Source: Mobula hypostoma (taxonomy: Eukaryota). Taken from it: DNA of 64,000 bases. The DNA is taken from positions 104,906,001-104,970,000 of the forward strand of contig NC_086108.1 in NCBI RefSeq assembly GCF_963921235.1. Direction: 5' to 3'. The position numbers and the translations under genes were made by a program. This document shows, piece after piece, positions 40,201 through 51,667 of this stretch. Under the pieces are notes generated by a model. It did no database searches. It was not told the origin of the DNA and worked only from the letters and a program-made list of their open reading frames with translations. Numbering within the stretch: the first letter of the stretch is position 1; every line of letters begins with the position of its first letter.

Positions 40201-40377
40201 CTTCGCAGAACCGTATTCCATCGCCTGTGTAGCCTGTGTTGCAGTAGCACCCGGGTTTCCCCCCCATCACGGTGCAGCTCGCATTCTTGTTACACGTGTT
40301 GCCACCACAGTCTGTGTTGGCTTGAGCACCAGATCTTGGTGACAGGGAGCACAGGTCCAATAGACTGGACAGCCACA
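40201..40377 (-). CDS. ADGRL4: ADGRL4/ELTD1 coding exon 2 (rest of signal peptide + EGF-like domain 1)
   Basis: Acceptor cttcctccttgtcttttcgaattgcag|, donor GAAG|gtagga, 177 bp, phase 1-1. Encodes (V)WLSSLLDLCSLSPRSGAQANTDCGGNTCNKNASCTVMGGKPGCYCNTGYTGDGIRFCE with a six-Cys EGF pattern. WxSSLLDxC and CYCNxGxxGxGxxxCE match my recollection of fish and human ELTD1. Confidence 0.9.
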
Positions 40378-40514
40378 CTGCAATTCGAAAAGACAAGGAG
40401 GAAGTATGGTTAAAAAAACACAGCACGGAGCATGGAACAAACAAAACTATGCAAGATCCTTTGTAATTTTGAAAACCACTGTCCCTTCTCTCAAGCCCTT
40501 ATGTGACCTGTAAG

Positions 40515-41235
40515 ACCATAAGACTTAAGAGTAGAAATAGACCATCTAGCCCATTGATATTGCTCTGAATTCTAAAGGGACATCCTTGTATTCCAAATCT
40601 ATGCCTCTGTTCTGAGACTCTCCCACTATTTGAAAAATTGTCTTCGCCTCTATCTTGGACTTCCATTATATCGTAGGTTTCAATGAGATTCCCCCTCATT
40701 CTTCTAGATTCAGCGAGGACAGGCCCAGAGCCATCAGCATGCCTCACACATTAACCCTTTCATTCCCAGGACCATTGTCATAAGCCTCCTTTAGATTCTT
40801 TCCAATGCCAGCACATCCTTTCTTAGATATGGTGCCCAAAACTGCTCACAGTATTCAAAATATGGTCTGGCCAGTGCCATGTAAGTTTTAGCATTACATC
40901 AATGCTTTTATGTTGTTATCCTCTCTAAATGCTGGTCTTCGATACAACCTTGCCCAGGCCTGTGCCCTGGAGAGTGAAGACTTTCCAGGCGCAGATCCAT
41001 GGTCTCGCAAGACTAATGGATGCCTCTCGAAGTAAATGCTAATATTGCATTTGCCTTTCTTACTACAGACTCAACCTAGGTGACTTTTAAGGAATTCTAC
41101 ACAAGGACTCCCAAGTCCATTCACACTTCCAATTTCTAACTTTTCAGCTATTTAGAAAATAGTCTACACCTTTATTCCCTCTGCCAAACTGCGTGACCAC
41201 ATATTTCCTCACATTGTATTCCATCTGCCATTCTT
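40515..41235 (-). mobile_element. CR1 fragment, decayed, with a nested SINE fragment
   Basis: Minus-strand RRMRGNLIETY motif and 3' tail ACCATAAGAC. Confidence 0.75.
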
Positions 41236-42086
41236 AATGCTCCAAGAATGACAGGGTGACTTGGTGCATTCCTGAGATATGACCAATGTAGAAGCTGAAT
41301 TAATAGCCATTTTCCAAGCATGATCATCAGCTTAAGATGCTTGGGGTTTTGAATGCAGGTCAAAATGGGAGCTAAAAGACCAGTCAGCCCATCATGGCAG
41401 TGCTATCCCTTTGAAAGTGTGACATAATTGTTGAGAGATCAAAGAATGCTATTTGACCAATCAAGTCCAGGGTATCTCTGTGGAAGCTTGAACCCTTTCC
41501 CTAAAGCTCTGACATTTCTCAAACAAGAGAAAGATGCAGATACTGGAAATCGAAGCAGCACACATAAGGAAGCCTGCTGAATTCCTGCAGCATTTTGTGT
41601 GTGTTGTTCTGGCATTTCTCTTCCTTTTAGGTACTGATCCAATTCCCTTTCAAAAGTCCAGACAGAAAATGCATTCCTCTCTCTTGGACATTTCAGATGT
41701 TACAAAGGGTGATACAAAGTTAGGTGGAGGTAGTGTTGAAGAGGTAGTGTTGAAGAGGCAGTGAGTTGGCATGGATTAGGAGAATGGGCAAAGAAGTGGC
41801 AGATGGAATATAGTGCAGGAAAATGAATGGTTATGCACCTTGTTACTAAGTCTGTGGATGATCAAAAATAGGCAGGGAGCGCTGAGGAACCAGAGAGTCT
41901 GCAGAAGGTCTTGGACAGATTGGGAGAATGGGCAAAGTGGGGGTGGACGGAATACGATGTTGGGAAGTGTATGGTCATACACCTTGGTAGAAGGAGTCAA
42001 GACAAAAACTATTTTCTAAACAGGGACTAAAATGGAAATCAGAGGTGCAAGTGATCTTCGGAGCCCTCGTGCAAGATTTCCTAAAG

Positions 42087-42165
42087 TAAGGGTTCCCAAC
42101 CTGGTGTTCACAGAACACGTGATTAATGGTAGGGGTCTATTGCATAAAAAGGTTGGGAACCTCGG
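42087..42165. mobile_element. ~78-bp hAT (Charlie-like) MITE; other copies at 3896-3970 and 39425-39504
   Basis: TIRs (C)AGGGGTTCCCAACC / GGTTGGGAACC and an 8-bp TSD TCCTAAAG/TCCTAAAA. Inserted in CR1. Confidence 0.75.
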
Positions 42166-42214
42166 TCCTAAAAGTTAACTTGTAGGTTAAGTCAGTGGTA
42201 AGGAAGGCAAATGC

Positions 42215-43645
42215 CTCTGTCACCCAGGATATTTAAGAAGGGTGGGAGGCAGCAGAAAGGAAACGATAGACCTATTAGCCTGACATCAGTGGTTGGGAAG
42301 TTGTTGGAATCGATTGTTAGGGATGAGATTACTCAGTACCTGGAAGCACATGACAAGATAGGCCAAAGCCAGCATGGTTTCCTGAAAGGAAAATCCTGCC
42401 CAACAAACCTACTGCAATTCTTTGAGGAAATTACAAGCAGGGTGAGACAAAGGAGATGCAGTAGACGTGGTGTCTTGGATTTTCAGAAGGCCTTTGACAG
42501 GTGCCGCACATGAGGCTGCTTAGCAAGATAAGAGCCCATGGAATTACAAGGAATTTACTAGCATGGGTGGAGCATTGACCGGTCGGCAGAAAACAGAGTG
42601 GAAATAAAGGGATCCTATTCTGGCTGGCTGCCGGTTACCAGTGGAGTTCCACAGGGGTCGGTGTCGGGACAGCTGTTTTTTACGATGTATGTCAATGATT
42701 TGGACTGTGGGATTAATGGATTTGTGGCTAAATTTGCCGATGATACAAAGATAGGTGGAGGAGCAGGTAGTGCTGAGGAAACAGAGAGCCTGCAGAGAGA
42801 CTTAGATAGTTTAGGAGAATGGGCAAAGAAATGGCAAATGAAATACAATGTTGGAAAGTGTATGGTCATGCACTTTGATGGAAGATGTAAATGGAAAGAC
42901 TATTATTTAGATAGGGAGAGAATTCAAAATGCAGAGATGCAAAAGGACTTGGGAGTCCTTGTGCAGGATACCCTAAAGGTTTACCTCCAGGTTGAGTCGG
43001 TGGTGAAGAAGGCGAATGCAATGTTGACGTTCATTTCTAGAGAGATAGTATATAAGAGCAGGGATGTAATGTTGAGACTCTATAAGGCACTCATGAGACC
43101 ACACTTGGAGTATTGTGTGCAGTTTTGGGCTCCTTATTTTAGAAAGGATATACTGACATTGGAGAGGGTTCAGAGAAGATTCATGAGAATAATTCCAGGA
43201 ATGGAAGGATTACCGTATGAGGAACTCCAGGCAGCTCTTGGGCTGTATTCCCTGGAGTTCAGAAAAATGAGTGGGGATATCATAGAAACATTCCGAATGT
43301 TAAAAGGCCTGAACAGATTAGATATGGCAAAGTTATTTCCCATGGTAGGGGATTCTAGGACAAGAGGGCATGACTTCAGGATTGAAGGACATCCATTTAG
43401 AACTGAGATGTGGAAAAATTACTTTAGTCAGAGGGTGGTAAATCTGTGGAACTTGTTGCCGCAAGTGGCTGTGGAGGCCAAGTCATTGGGTGTAGACAGG
43501 TTCTTGATTAGCGAGGGCATCAAAGGGTATGGGGAGAAGGCAGGGGAGTAAGGATGACTGGAAGAATTGGATCAGCCCATGGCTGAATGGCGAAGCAGGC
43601 TCGATGGGCCGTATGGCATACTTCTGATCCTGTATCTTATGGTCA
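42215..43645 (+). mobile_element. CR1-clade LINE, 5'-truncated ORF2 (reverse transcriptase) + 3'UTR
   Basis: FKKGGRQQKGNDRPISLTSVVGKLLE, QHGFLKGKSC, DFQKAFD, SGVPQGSV, KFADDTK, RPHLEYCVQFWAP, FSQRVVNLWN. Frameshifted. Inserted in an older CR1. Confidence 0.95.
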
Positions 43646-44234
43646 TGCTCTCTTCTCAGGATAGAAGGCTGAAGGCACACACTCAGTGATTCAGGAACAG
43701 CTTCTTCCCCTCTGCCATACAATTTCTGAATGGACATTGAACCCGTGAACACTGCTTCACTACTTTTTAAATTATTTCTGTTATTGCATTACTATTCCTA
43801 ATTTAACAGCTTAATATAAACACATATATACACATACTCTAATTCATTCATTTTTTAATATATCTATCATGTATTGCATTGTACTGTTGCTGATAGGCTA
43901 ACAAATTTCACACAGGAGGCTAACAAATTTCACAACATATATTGGTGATATTAAGTCTGATTCTGAAATGCAATATTAGCATTAATTTCGAGAGTTCTAG
44001 AATGAAAAAAGCAAGGTTGTAACATTGAGGCTTTATAAAGCATTGGTCAGATCACATACGTTACATGTAACCTTGTGTGTTTAAAAAGAGGTGGTCCTTT
44101 TGAAGCTCTCTCGTCACTTTAAAAGTATGCCCTCTAATTCTGGATTCCCCAGTTCTGGGAAAAGGACTGAGTGGATTCATCCAGCCTGACAAACTGCCCG
44201 GACAAATCCTTAGATTATGTTGGCTCATTCCTTG

Positions 44235-44575
44235 ATAAGAGGATGCTGTCCAAGTTGCATGCCATCTTGGACAATGTCTCCCATCCACTACGTAATGTAC
44301 TGGGTGGGCACAGGAGTACATTCAGCCAGAGACTCATTCCACCAAGATGCAACACAGAGCGTCATAGGAAGTCATTCCTGCCTGTGGCCATCAAACCTTA
44401 TAACTCCTCCCTTGTAGGGTCAGACACCCTGAGCCAATAGGCTGGTCCTGGACTTATTTCCTGGCATAATTTACGTATTACTACTTAATTATTTATGGTT
44501 TTATTACTATTTAATTATTTATGGTGCAACTGTAACGAAAACCAATTTCCGCTGGGATCAATAAAGTATATGACT
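44235..44575 (+). mobile_element. 3' end of the same Rex1-like family as 15185-15985
   Basis: Near-identical to 15648-15985 (MLSKLHAILDNVSHPL...RHRKSFLPVAIK and 3'UTR). Confidence 0.85.
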
Positions 44576-44729
44576 AATGCAAATGACGCATTTCACTGTA
44601 TGTCCCGATGTACATGCGATAAATAAATGAATCTGAATAGCACTCTCAAATTTCTACAAGATCACATTTCATTATCACGCTTGACAACCATAACCAAATA
44701 CCAACTGATAGCAATAAATTCCTGATTCA

Positions 44730-45710
44730 CTAATCTCCCTCCCGGCACTTCTCTCTGCGAGTGGCTGAGGTGTTACATCTGCCTCCTCTCACCTCCATTC
44801 AGGGCCTCAACTAGTCCTTCCAGGTGAGGCAGCACTTCACTTGCGAATTTGCTGGTTCAGCTTTTGTGTCTGGTGCTCCCAGTGCGGCCTCCTCCACACT
44901 GGTGAGAGCCGTCGTAAATTGGGGGACTGCTTTATCAACCACCTCCACTCCATCCGTCAAAAGTGGAACGTGCTGGTGGACAAACATTTTAATTCTGACT
45001 CCCATTCATGCTTTGACTTTTTCCATTCTCCACCTGTGCTACGAGGCGACCTTCAGGGTGGGGGAGCAACACCTTATATTCCACTATGAGGCGACCTTCA
45101 GGGTGGGGGAGCAACACCTTATATTCCACTATGAGGCGACCTTCAGGGTGGGGGAGCAACACCTTATATTCCACTATGAGGCGACCTTCAGGGTGGGGGA
45201 GCAACACCTTATATTCCACTACGAGGCGACCTTCAGGGTGGGGGAGCAACACCTTATATTCCACTACGAGGCGACCTTCAGGGTGGGGGAGCAACACCTT
45301 ACATTCCATTTGGGTAGCTTCCAACTTGATGGCATGAATATTGATTTCTCCTTCCAATAAAAAAAAAGTCTCCCTTTCTTCTTTTTCTGTTCCCTACTCT
45401 TGCCTCTTACCTCATATCACCTGCCTATCACTTTCCTCCTGGGTCCCCCCTTTCTCCCATGGTCCACTCTCCTCTTCAGCCCTTTGTCTTTCCTATCCAT
45501 CTGGGTTCACCTGAGACCTTTTAGCTAATCTCTTTCCCCTCCCCCCCCCCCCCCCGTTTTAATTCTGGTGTCTTCTAATCCTGATGAATGGTCTTGGCCT
45601 GAAACATTGACTGCTTATTTATTTCCACAGATGCTGCCTGGCCTGCTGTGTCTCTTCAGCATTTCCTGTGTGTTGCTTTGGATTTCCAGCATCTGCAGAA
45701 TTTTTCGTGT
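44730..45710 (+). mobile_element. Penelope-like element 3' part (GIY-YIG endonuclease remnant + pseudo-LTR)
   Basis: SFQVRQHFTCE, CVWCSQCGLLHTGESRRKLGDCFINHLHSIR and EQHL.FHLGSFQLDGMNIDFS, followed by a pyrimidine-rich tail and a hammerhead-like motif at 45577-45612. Confidence 0.85.
45039..45308 (+). repeat. Minisatellite, 6 x 45 bp
   Basis: Unit CTA(C/T)GAGGCGACCTTCAGGGTGGGGGAGCAACACCTTATATTCCA, near-identical copies with no spacers. Confidence 0.97.
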
Positions 45711-46362
45711 TAATCAGCTCCTGAGATTCCAAGGCATTTTCAAAGCATTTAATTTGTCCCAACAACTTTGATTATGAAATTTATGGAATCTTTTACATTT
45801 GCCATCAACTGAAGCTGTCCGCGAGCCCTCTGTTGGTCCACGTTTATACAAGGGAGTGGATTAAAACTACTGAGGGGAATTGAAATCCATCATGTAGAAA
45901 GGCAGATGTGTTTTCAAACCACGAGGAAAACCCTGTGAGCAGGAACGGGCACGTTACAGGAAACAGGAAGAAGGTTTGGTCTAGCCAATTCCTCCTCCAT
46001 GCATCAGCAATGTTTCATCGTGACATCCTTTAATGTCTGCTCTTTCCAGAAATAATTTCAATTGTTTGCTCAGACTATTCCTACTGTCTTTGATGTCCTT
46101 CCCAGCTAACACATTCCAACATTCTATTAACCTTTCAGGAACTTGTTTCTGCTTGTCTTTCTTCTTTACTCATAGTTCTTTCACTTTTAGCTCGTCCCCA
46201 TCAGGGATTCAGAATCAGAATCCGGTTTATTGTCTCTGCCATATGTTGTGAAATTTGTTGTTTGGCAGCAGTGTAATACATAAAAAAAATATAAACTACA
46301 ATAAGAAATATATACTGTCATAGAACATAGAATAGTACAGCACAGTACAGGCCCTTCGGTCC

Positions 46363-46825
46363 TTAGGGAAGGCGGGAATGTCATACATTGAAAGATTGGA
46401 GCGACTGGGGTTGTATACACTGGAACTTAGAAGGATGAGAGGGGATCTGATTGAAACATATAAAACTATTAAGGGATTGGACACGCCAAAGGCAGGAAAC
46501 ATGTTCCCGATGTTGGGGCGTCCAGAACCAGGGGCCACAGTTTAAGAATACTGGGTAGGCCATTTAGAACGGAGTTGAAGAAAAACTTTTTCACCCAGAG
46601 GGTTGTGGATCTGTGGAATATTCTGCCTCAGAAGGCAGTGGAGGCCAATTCTCCGGATTCTTTCAAGAAATAGTTAGGTAGAGCTCTTAAAGATAGCGGA
46701 GTCAAGGGTTATGGGGAGAAGGCAGGAACTGGGTACTGATTGTGGATGATCAGCCATGATCACAGTGATATGGCGGTGCTGGCTCGAAGGGCCGAATGGC
46801 CTACTCCTGCATCTATTGTCTATTG
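46363..46825 (+). mobile_element. CR1-clade LINE 3' end inserted in an oppositely oriented CR1 (46319-47140, minus)
   Basis: ERLERLGLYTLELRRMRGDLIETYK... ending (CTATTGT)n. The flanks are the 3' tail (ATAGAACATAGAATAG) and body (TRGHSFKVRGGKFKGDIRGRFFTRRVVGAWNALP) of a minus-strand CR1. Confidence 0.85.
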
Positions 46826-47189
46826 ACCCTTTAACCCTGCCTCCCATATAACCCCTCCCCACCTTAAATTTCTCCATATACCTGTCTAGTAGTCTCTTAA
46901 ATTTCACTAGTGTATCTGCTTCCACCACTGACTCAGGCAGTGCATTCCACGCACCAACCACTCTCCGAGTAAAAAACCTTCCTCTAATATCCCCTTTGAA
47001 CTTCCCACCCCTTACCTTAAAGCTATGTCCTCTTGTATTGAGCAGTGGTGCCCTGGGGAAGAGGCGCTGGCTGTCCACTCTATCTATTCCTCTTAATATC
47101 TTGTATACATCATGTCTCCTCTCATCCTCCTCCTCTCCAACGAACACGAACGCACACACGAACGCGAACACGAACGCGCACACACAATC

Positions 47190-47560
47190 CTCAGTTGCTG
47201 ATCTTGGTTCATGAAGACAGAAAAGGCCACCACTTTAAATGGGACACCATGGGACAGCGTAGACAAAGCATACATGAGAATTTCAGATGCATGGTTCTCT
47301 TCTGATAACTTCATAAACATATCGAAATAGATGCCATCTACGAACCCCTAGGAGCTAAAGCTAATAGAACGTGTGGCAATAGAATTCAAAGGTCAACTGA
47401 AGGGGTAGCCAATCAGGACCAAGGCAAGCAAACGAGGAACTATATAAACACCAGCACTCCCAGAGAGAAACACCAACAACTGCACCGTGAGGATGTCACC
47501 ACAACTGGTGACAAAAGGCCTGCAAGTTAATTGCCAAGCTCGGTGAACACTGCAACATCA
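47190..47560 (+). mobile_element. Fragment of a second Penelope-like family (GIY-YIG C-terminus + pLTR)
   Basis: HEDRKGHHFKWD...AWFS...IEIDAIYEPL remnants, TATATAAA, and a degenerate hammerhead-like motif (GAGGA-TGTCACC...GGTGAC-AAAA) at ~47482-47524. Confidence 0.6.
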
Positions 47561-47566
47561 TATATA

Positions 47567-49136
47567 AAGTGCCTATAAAAAGTATTCACCCACCTTTCAT
47601 GTTTTATCATTTTACAACATTGAATCACTGTGGATTTAATTTGGCTGTTTTTTGACACTGATCAACAGAAAAAGACTCATGTCAAAGTGAAAACAAATCC
47701 CTACAAAGTGATCTAAAGTAATTACAAATATAAAACACAAAATAATTGATGGCATAAGTATTCACCCCCTTTCATATGACACATCAAATCATCACTGACG
47801 CAGCCAATTGGTTTTAGACATCACATGATTAGTTAAATAGCGATCACTGCGGGCAGTCAAGGTGTTTCAATTGATTGTAGTGAAAATACATCTGTATCTG
47901 GAAGGTCCAACTGCTGGTGAGTCAGTATCCTGGCAAAAACAAGACAAAAGAACACTCCAAGCAACTCCATGAAAAGGTTATTGAAAAGCACGTCAGGAGA
48001 TAGATACATGAAAATTTCCAAGTCACTGAATATCCCTTGGAGTTCAGTTAAGACAATCATCAAGAAATGGAAAGAATATGGCACAGAGTGATCGTGCAAG
48101 AAGGGAAGCATTAAGGGAGGCCAGCAAGTCTATGACAACTCTAGAGGAGTTGCAGGCTTCAGCCGCTGCGATGGGAGAGACTGCACACACAACTGCTGCC
48201 CGGATGCTTCACCAGTTGCAGCTCTATAGGAGAGAGGCAAAGAGAAGACAACTGCTGAAGAAAAACTCAAATGAAATCTCATCTAGAGTTTTCCAGAAGG
48301 CATGTGGGAGACTCCGAAATCAGCTGGAAGAAGGTTCTATAGTCTGATGAAACCAAATTTGAGCTTTTTGGCCATCAGACTAATTTCTATGTTTGGCGTA
48401 AGCCAAACACTGCACATCATCGAAAACACACCATCCCTATTGTGAATCATGGTGGTGGCTGCATCATGCTGTGGGGATGCTTCATGGCAGCAGGCCCTGG
48501 AAGGCTTGTGAAGGTAGAGGGTAAAATGACTGCAGCAAAATATAGGGAAATCTTGGAGGAAAACCTGATGAAGTCTGCAGGAGAACTGTGACTTGGGAAA
48601 AGATTTGTTTTCCAGCAGGACCACGACCCCAAGCTTAAAGCTAAATTTACACAGGAATGGCTTACAAACAAGAAAGTTTATGTCCTGGAGTGGCCAAGTC
48701 AAAGTCCAGACCTCAATCCAATTGAGAATTTGTGGCTGGACTTGAAGAGGGCTGTTCACTCACTATCCCTATGCAATTTGATAGAACTTGAGCAATTTTC
48801 TAAAGAAGAATGGGGAAAAATAGTAGTGTCCAGATGTGTAAAGTTGATAGAGACTTATCCACACAGACTCAAGTCTGTAATTGCTACCAAAGGTGCATCT
48901 GCTGAGTACTGACTTGAAGGGGGTGATTAATTATGCTATTAATTATTTTGTGTTTATTAAATTATACATTTTGGCCAAATTGTCAAAGTTTGTTTTCACT
49001 TTGACACAAGAGTCTTTTCTGTTTATCAATGTCAAAAAAGGAAATTAAATCCACTGTGATTCAATGGTGTAAAACAATAAAACATGAAAACTTTTAAACT
49101 TCTGGGGGGGGCTAGAAGAGGGTGAATACTTTTATA

Positions 49137-49138
<2 letters not shown>
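47567..49138 (+). mobile_element. Tc1 (DD34E) DNA transposon, second family, near full length, inactivated
   Basis: Ends AGTGCCTATAAAAAGTATTCACCC ... GGGTGAATACTTTTATAGG with long IRs. Transposase remnant [10 protein letters not shown]...[12 protein letters not shown]...FQQDHDPK...WPSQSPDLNPIENLW has 34 residues between D and E and contains stops. Confidence 0.93.

Positions 49139-49178
<40 letters not shown>
49139..49178. repeat. (TA)n microsatellite at the right end of the Tc1 element
   Basis: Pure AT dinucleotide run replacing the last bases of the TIR and the TA target site. Confidence 0.95.
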
Positions 49179-49186
<8 letters not shown>

Positions 49187-50109
49187 ATACACAAAGATTC
49201 TTGCAAATTTCTACAGATGTACCATATACAGAGGACACTGCACAGGATTGGAAAATGCACCACACAGTTGTAAACTCAGCCAGCTCCATTATGTAGACTC
49301 TCCACCATCGAGGGCACCCTCAAAAAGCAGAGCCTCAAAAAGGTGGCATCCATCATTAAGGACCCCATCATCCAGGACATGCCCGCTTATCATTGGTAAC
49401 ATCAAGGAGGTGGTATAGGAGCTGGAAGACAGACACTCAATGATTTAGAAACAGCTTCTTTCCCACTGCCATCGGATTTCTGAATGGACAATAAACTCAT
49501 GCATACCAACTCACTTTTCAAAAATTTTTTGATCTTTTTGCACTACTTATTTAATTATATATGTAAATTTTTCATAATTATAGTTTTTTATTATATTTTG
49601 CCACGTACTGCTGCCGCAAAACAACAAATTTTACGTCAGTGATATTAAAGCTGATTCTGATAAAAAAAATAAATTAAGTACGGAGCAAAGATGGAGCAAA
49701 ATTAGCGAGGTAGTGTTCATGGGTTGGTTCAATGTCTGTTCAGAAATCTGATGGTGGAGGGGAAGAAGCTGTTCCTAAAACACTGAGTGTGGATCTTCAG
49801 GCTCTGATGTTAGTAACAAGAAGCGGGTGTGTCATGAGTGATTGGGATCCTTACTGATGGATGTTGCCTTTTTGAACTCTTTTTGACACACGGCAACATA
49901 TTTGGACTAATTTTAATGTATTTCTTCTCTTAAGCTTAAAAATATAATTTAAATGAACTAGAAGTCTGATTTTAGTTGGAAGGCAACTCACTGCCAATGC
50001 AAGTAACAAAGTTTGTTAGGAAGGGAAAGCTGCTTTTAGATAGCAACTTTCGGTACCTTGTGATGGTCTTTAATGTCTAAGGCCAAATTAACATCTTTAC
50101 CATTAGAGT

Positions 50110-50745
50110 GGCATTCTAGCGTCGTGGTTGGCACAACGCTTTGCAGTTGAAATGACCCAGGTTCAGTTCCTGCCACTGCCTGTAAGGAGTTTGCATGTTC
50201 TCCCCCTTGACCACGATGGTTTTTTCCCCACAGTCCAAAGATGTACTGGTTGGTAGGTTGATTGATCATTGTAAATTAGAGTCATAGAAAAGTGCATCAC
50301 AGAAATTGGCCCTTCGCTCTATCTAGTCCATTCCAACCGCCTACTTCCTACAATCTATACCTGGACCATACTATCCCCATGTACCTGTTCAAACTTCTCT
50401 TAAACTTTGAAATTGAGCTCACATGGACCACTTGTGCTGGCAACTTGTATCACACTCTCACAACCCTCTGAGTGAAGAAGTTTTCCTTCATGTTCCCCTT
50501 AAACGTTTCACTTTCCACCCTTAAGCCATGACCTCTGGATGTAGTCCCATCCGATCTCAGTAGAAAAAAGCCCGCTAGCATTTACCCTGTCTCTGCCCCT
50601 CATAATTCTGTACACCGTATCTGTACCCCTCATGAAATTGTTCTGTGATTAGGCTAGGGTTAAATTGGGCATTGCAAGGTGGCCTAGCTCGAAAGGCCGG
50701 AAGGGCCGACTTCATGCTGTCTCTCAATAAATAAATAAATAAATA
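50110..50745 (+). mobile_element. V-SINE interrupted by a minus-strand CR1 3' fragment (~50280-50632)
   Basis: SINE body breaks at CATTGTAAATT and resumes at AAATTGTTCTGTGATTAGG, ending (AATA)n. Confidence 0.78.
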
Positions 50746-51667
50746 GTTGCAAGTGTGAAATAATAAACATGATTTCCCATGGCTGGAGTGTTTAGCACAA
50801 GAGGGGATAGATTTAATTTGAGATCTTGGGGGTTCAGAAGAGTTCTAACGCGGTAGTTTTTCCACACAGAAGGTGGCTGGAATGTGAGCTGGGAGAGGTG
50901 GTGGAGGCAGATGCACTCGCAACTCTTAAGCATCATCTAGACAGGAATCTGAAATGCTAAGCTTGAGGGCGCGATGGAACAATGTACATAGGTACAATGG
51001 TCAGCATGGAGAGGGTGGGCCAAAAGGCCTGTTTTTGTTCAGCACGAGCCTGTGAATCTTTGGCTAATTTTGTGCAGAGCAAGGTCCCATAAACCTGCAG
51101 TCTGATACTGACAACATGAGCTTGTAAATTATACAACCTAACTCGGGGCAGCATGGTAGTGTAGTGGTTAGCACAATCACTGCTTGGAGTTCCATTCTCA
51201 CTTCTCTTTCTCTCCGTGACCATGTGGGTTTCCTCCAGGTGACCAGCTCCCTCCCACATTCCAAAGATGTACAGTACGGGTTGGGCTTGGTGAGTTGTGG
51301 GCATGCTTTATTGACACTGGAAACTTAGTGACACTTGCAGGCTGTCCCTAGTGCAATGTTTGCTGATTTGATTTGACGTAAATGATGCATTTCACTGTAC
51401 ATGTGACAAATAAAGCTAATCTCTTTCCTTTAAGGCTAACTGAGAGATAAATATTAGTGAGGCTTCTAAGCCCTTTTTGGAAATCATGGCAAAGTCACTT
51501 TCATGTCCATGAGAATAGGAAAATGGAACCTTATCTTTAAAAACCCTGTGGTGCAGAGCCCACTGCATATGCCATTGGGGTTGAACACAGAATCTATAAA
51601 CTCAAAACTAAAATGTTCTTTGTGAAAAGGTGCATTAACAGAGTTAACACATAACATCGACCATGTG

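Noticed and set aside
40058..40444. 128-aa single-exon ORF from the track
   Set aside because: Only 40201-40377 is exon. The rest is intronic read-through beyond clear splice sites.
42598..43551. 317-aa ORF as a host gene or active reverse transcriptase
   Set aside because: It is the C-terminal part of CR1 ORF2. The element is 5'-truncated and frameshifted upstream.
45039..45308. CRISPR-like regular repeat array
   Set aside because: Units are contiguous and near-identical with no unique spacers, there are no cas genes, and the context is eukaryotic. It is a minisatellite in a Penelope remnant.
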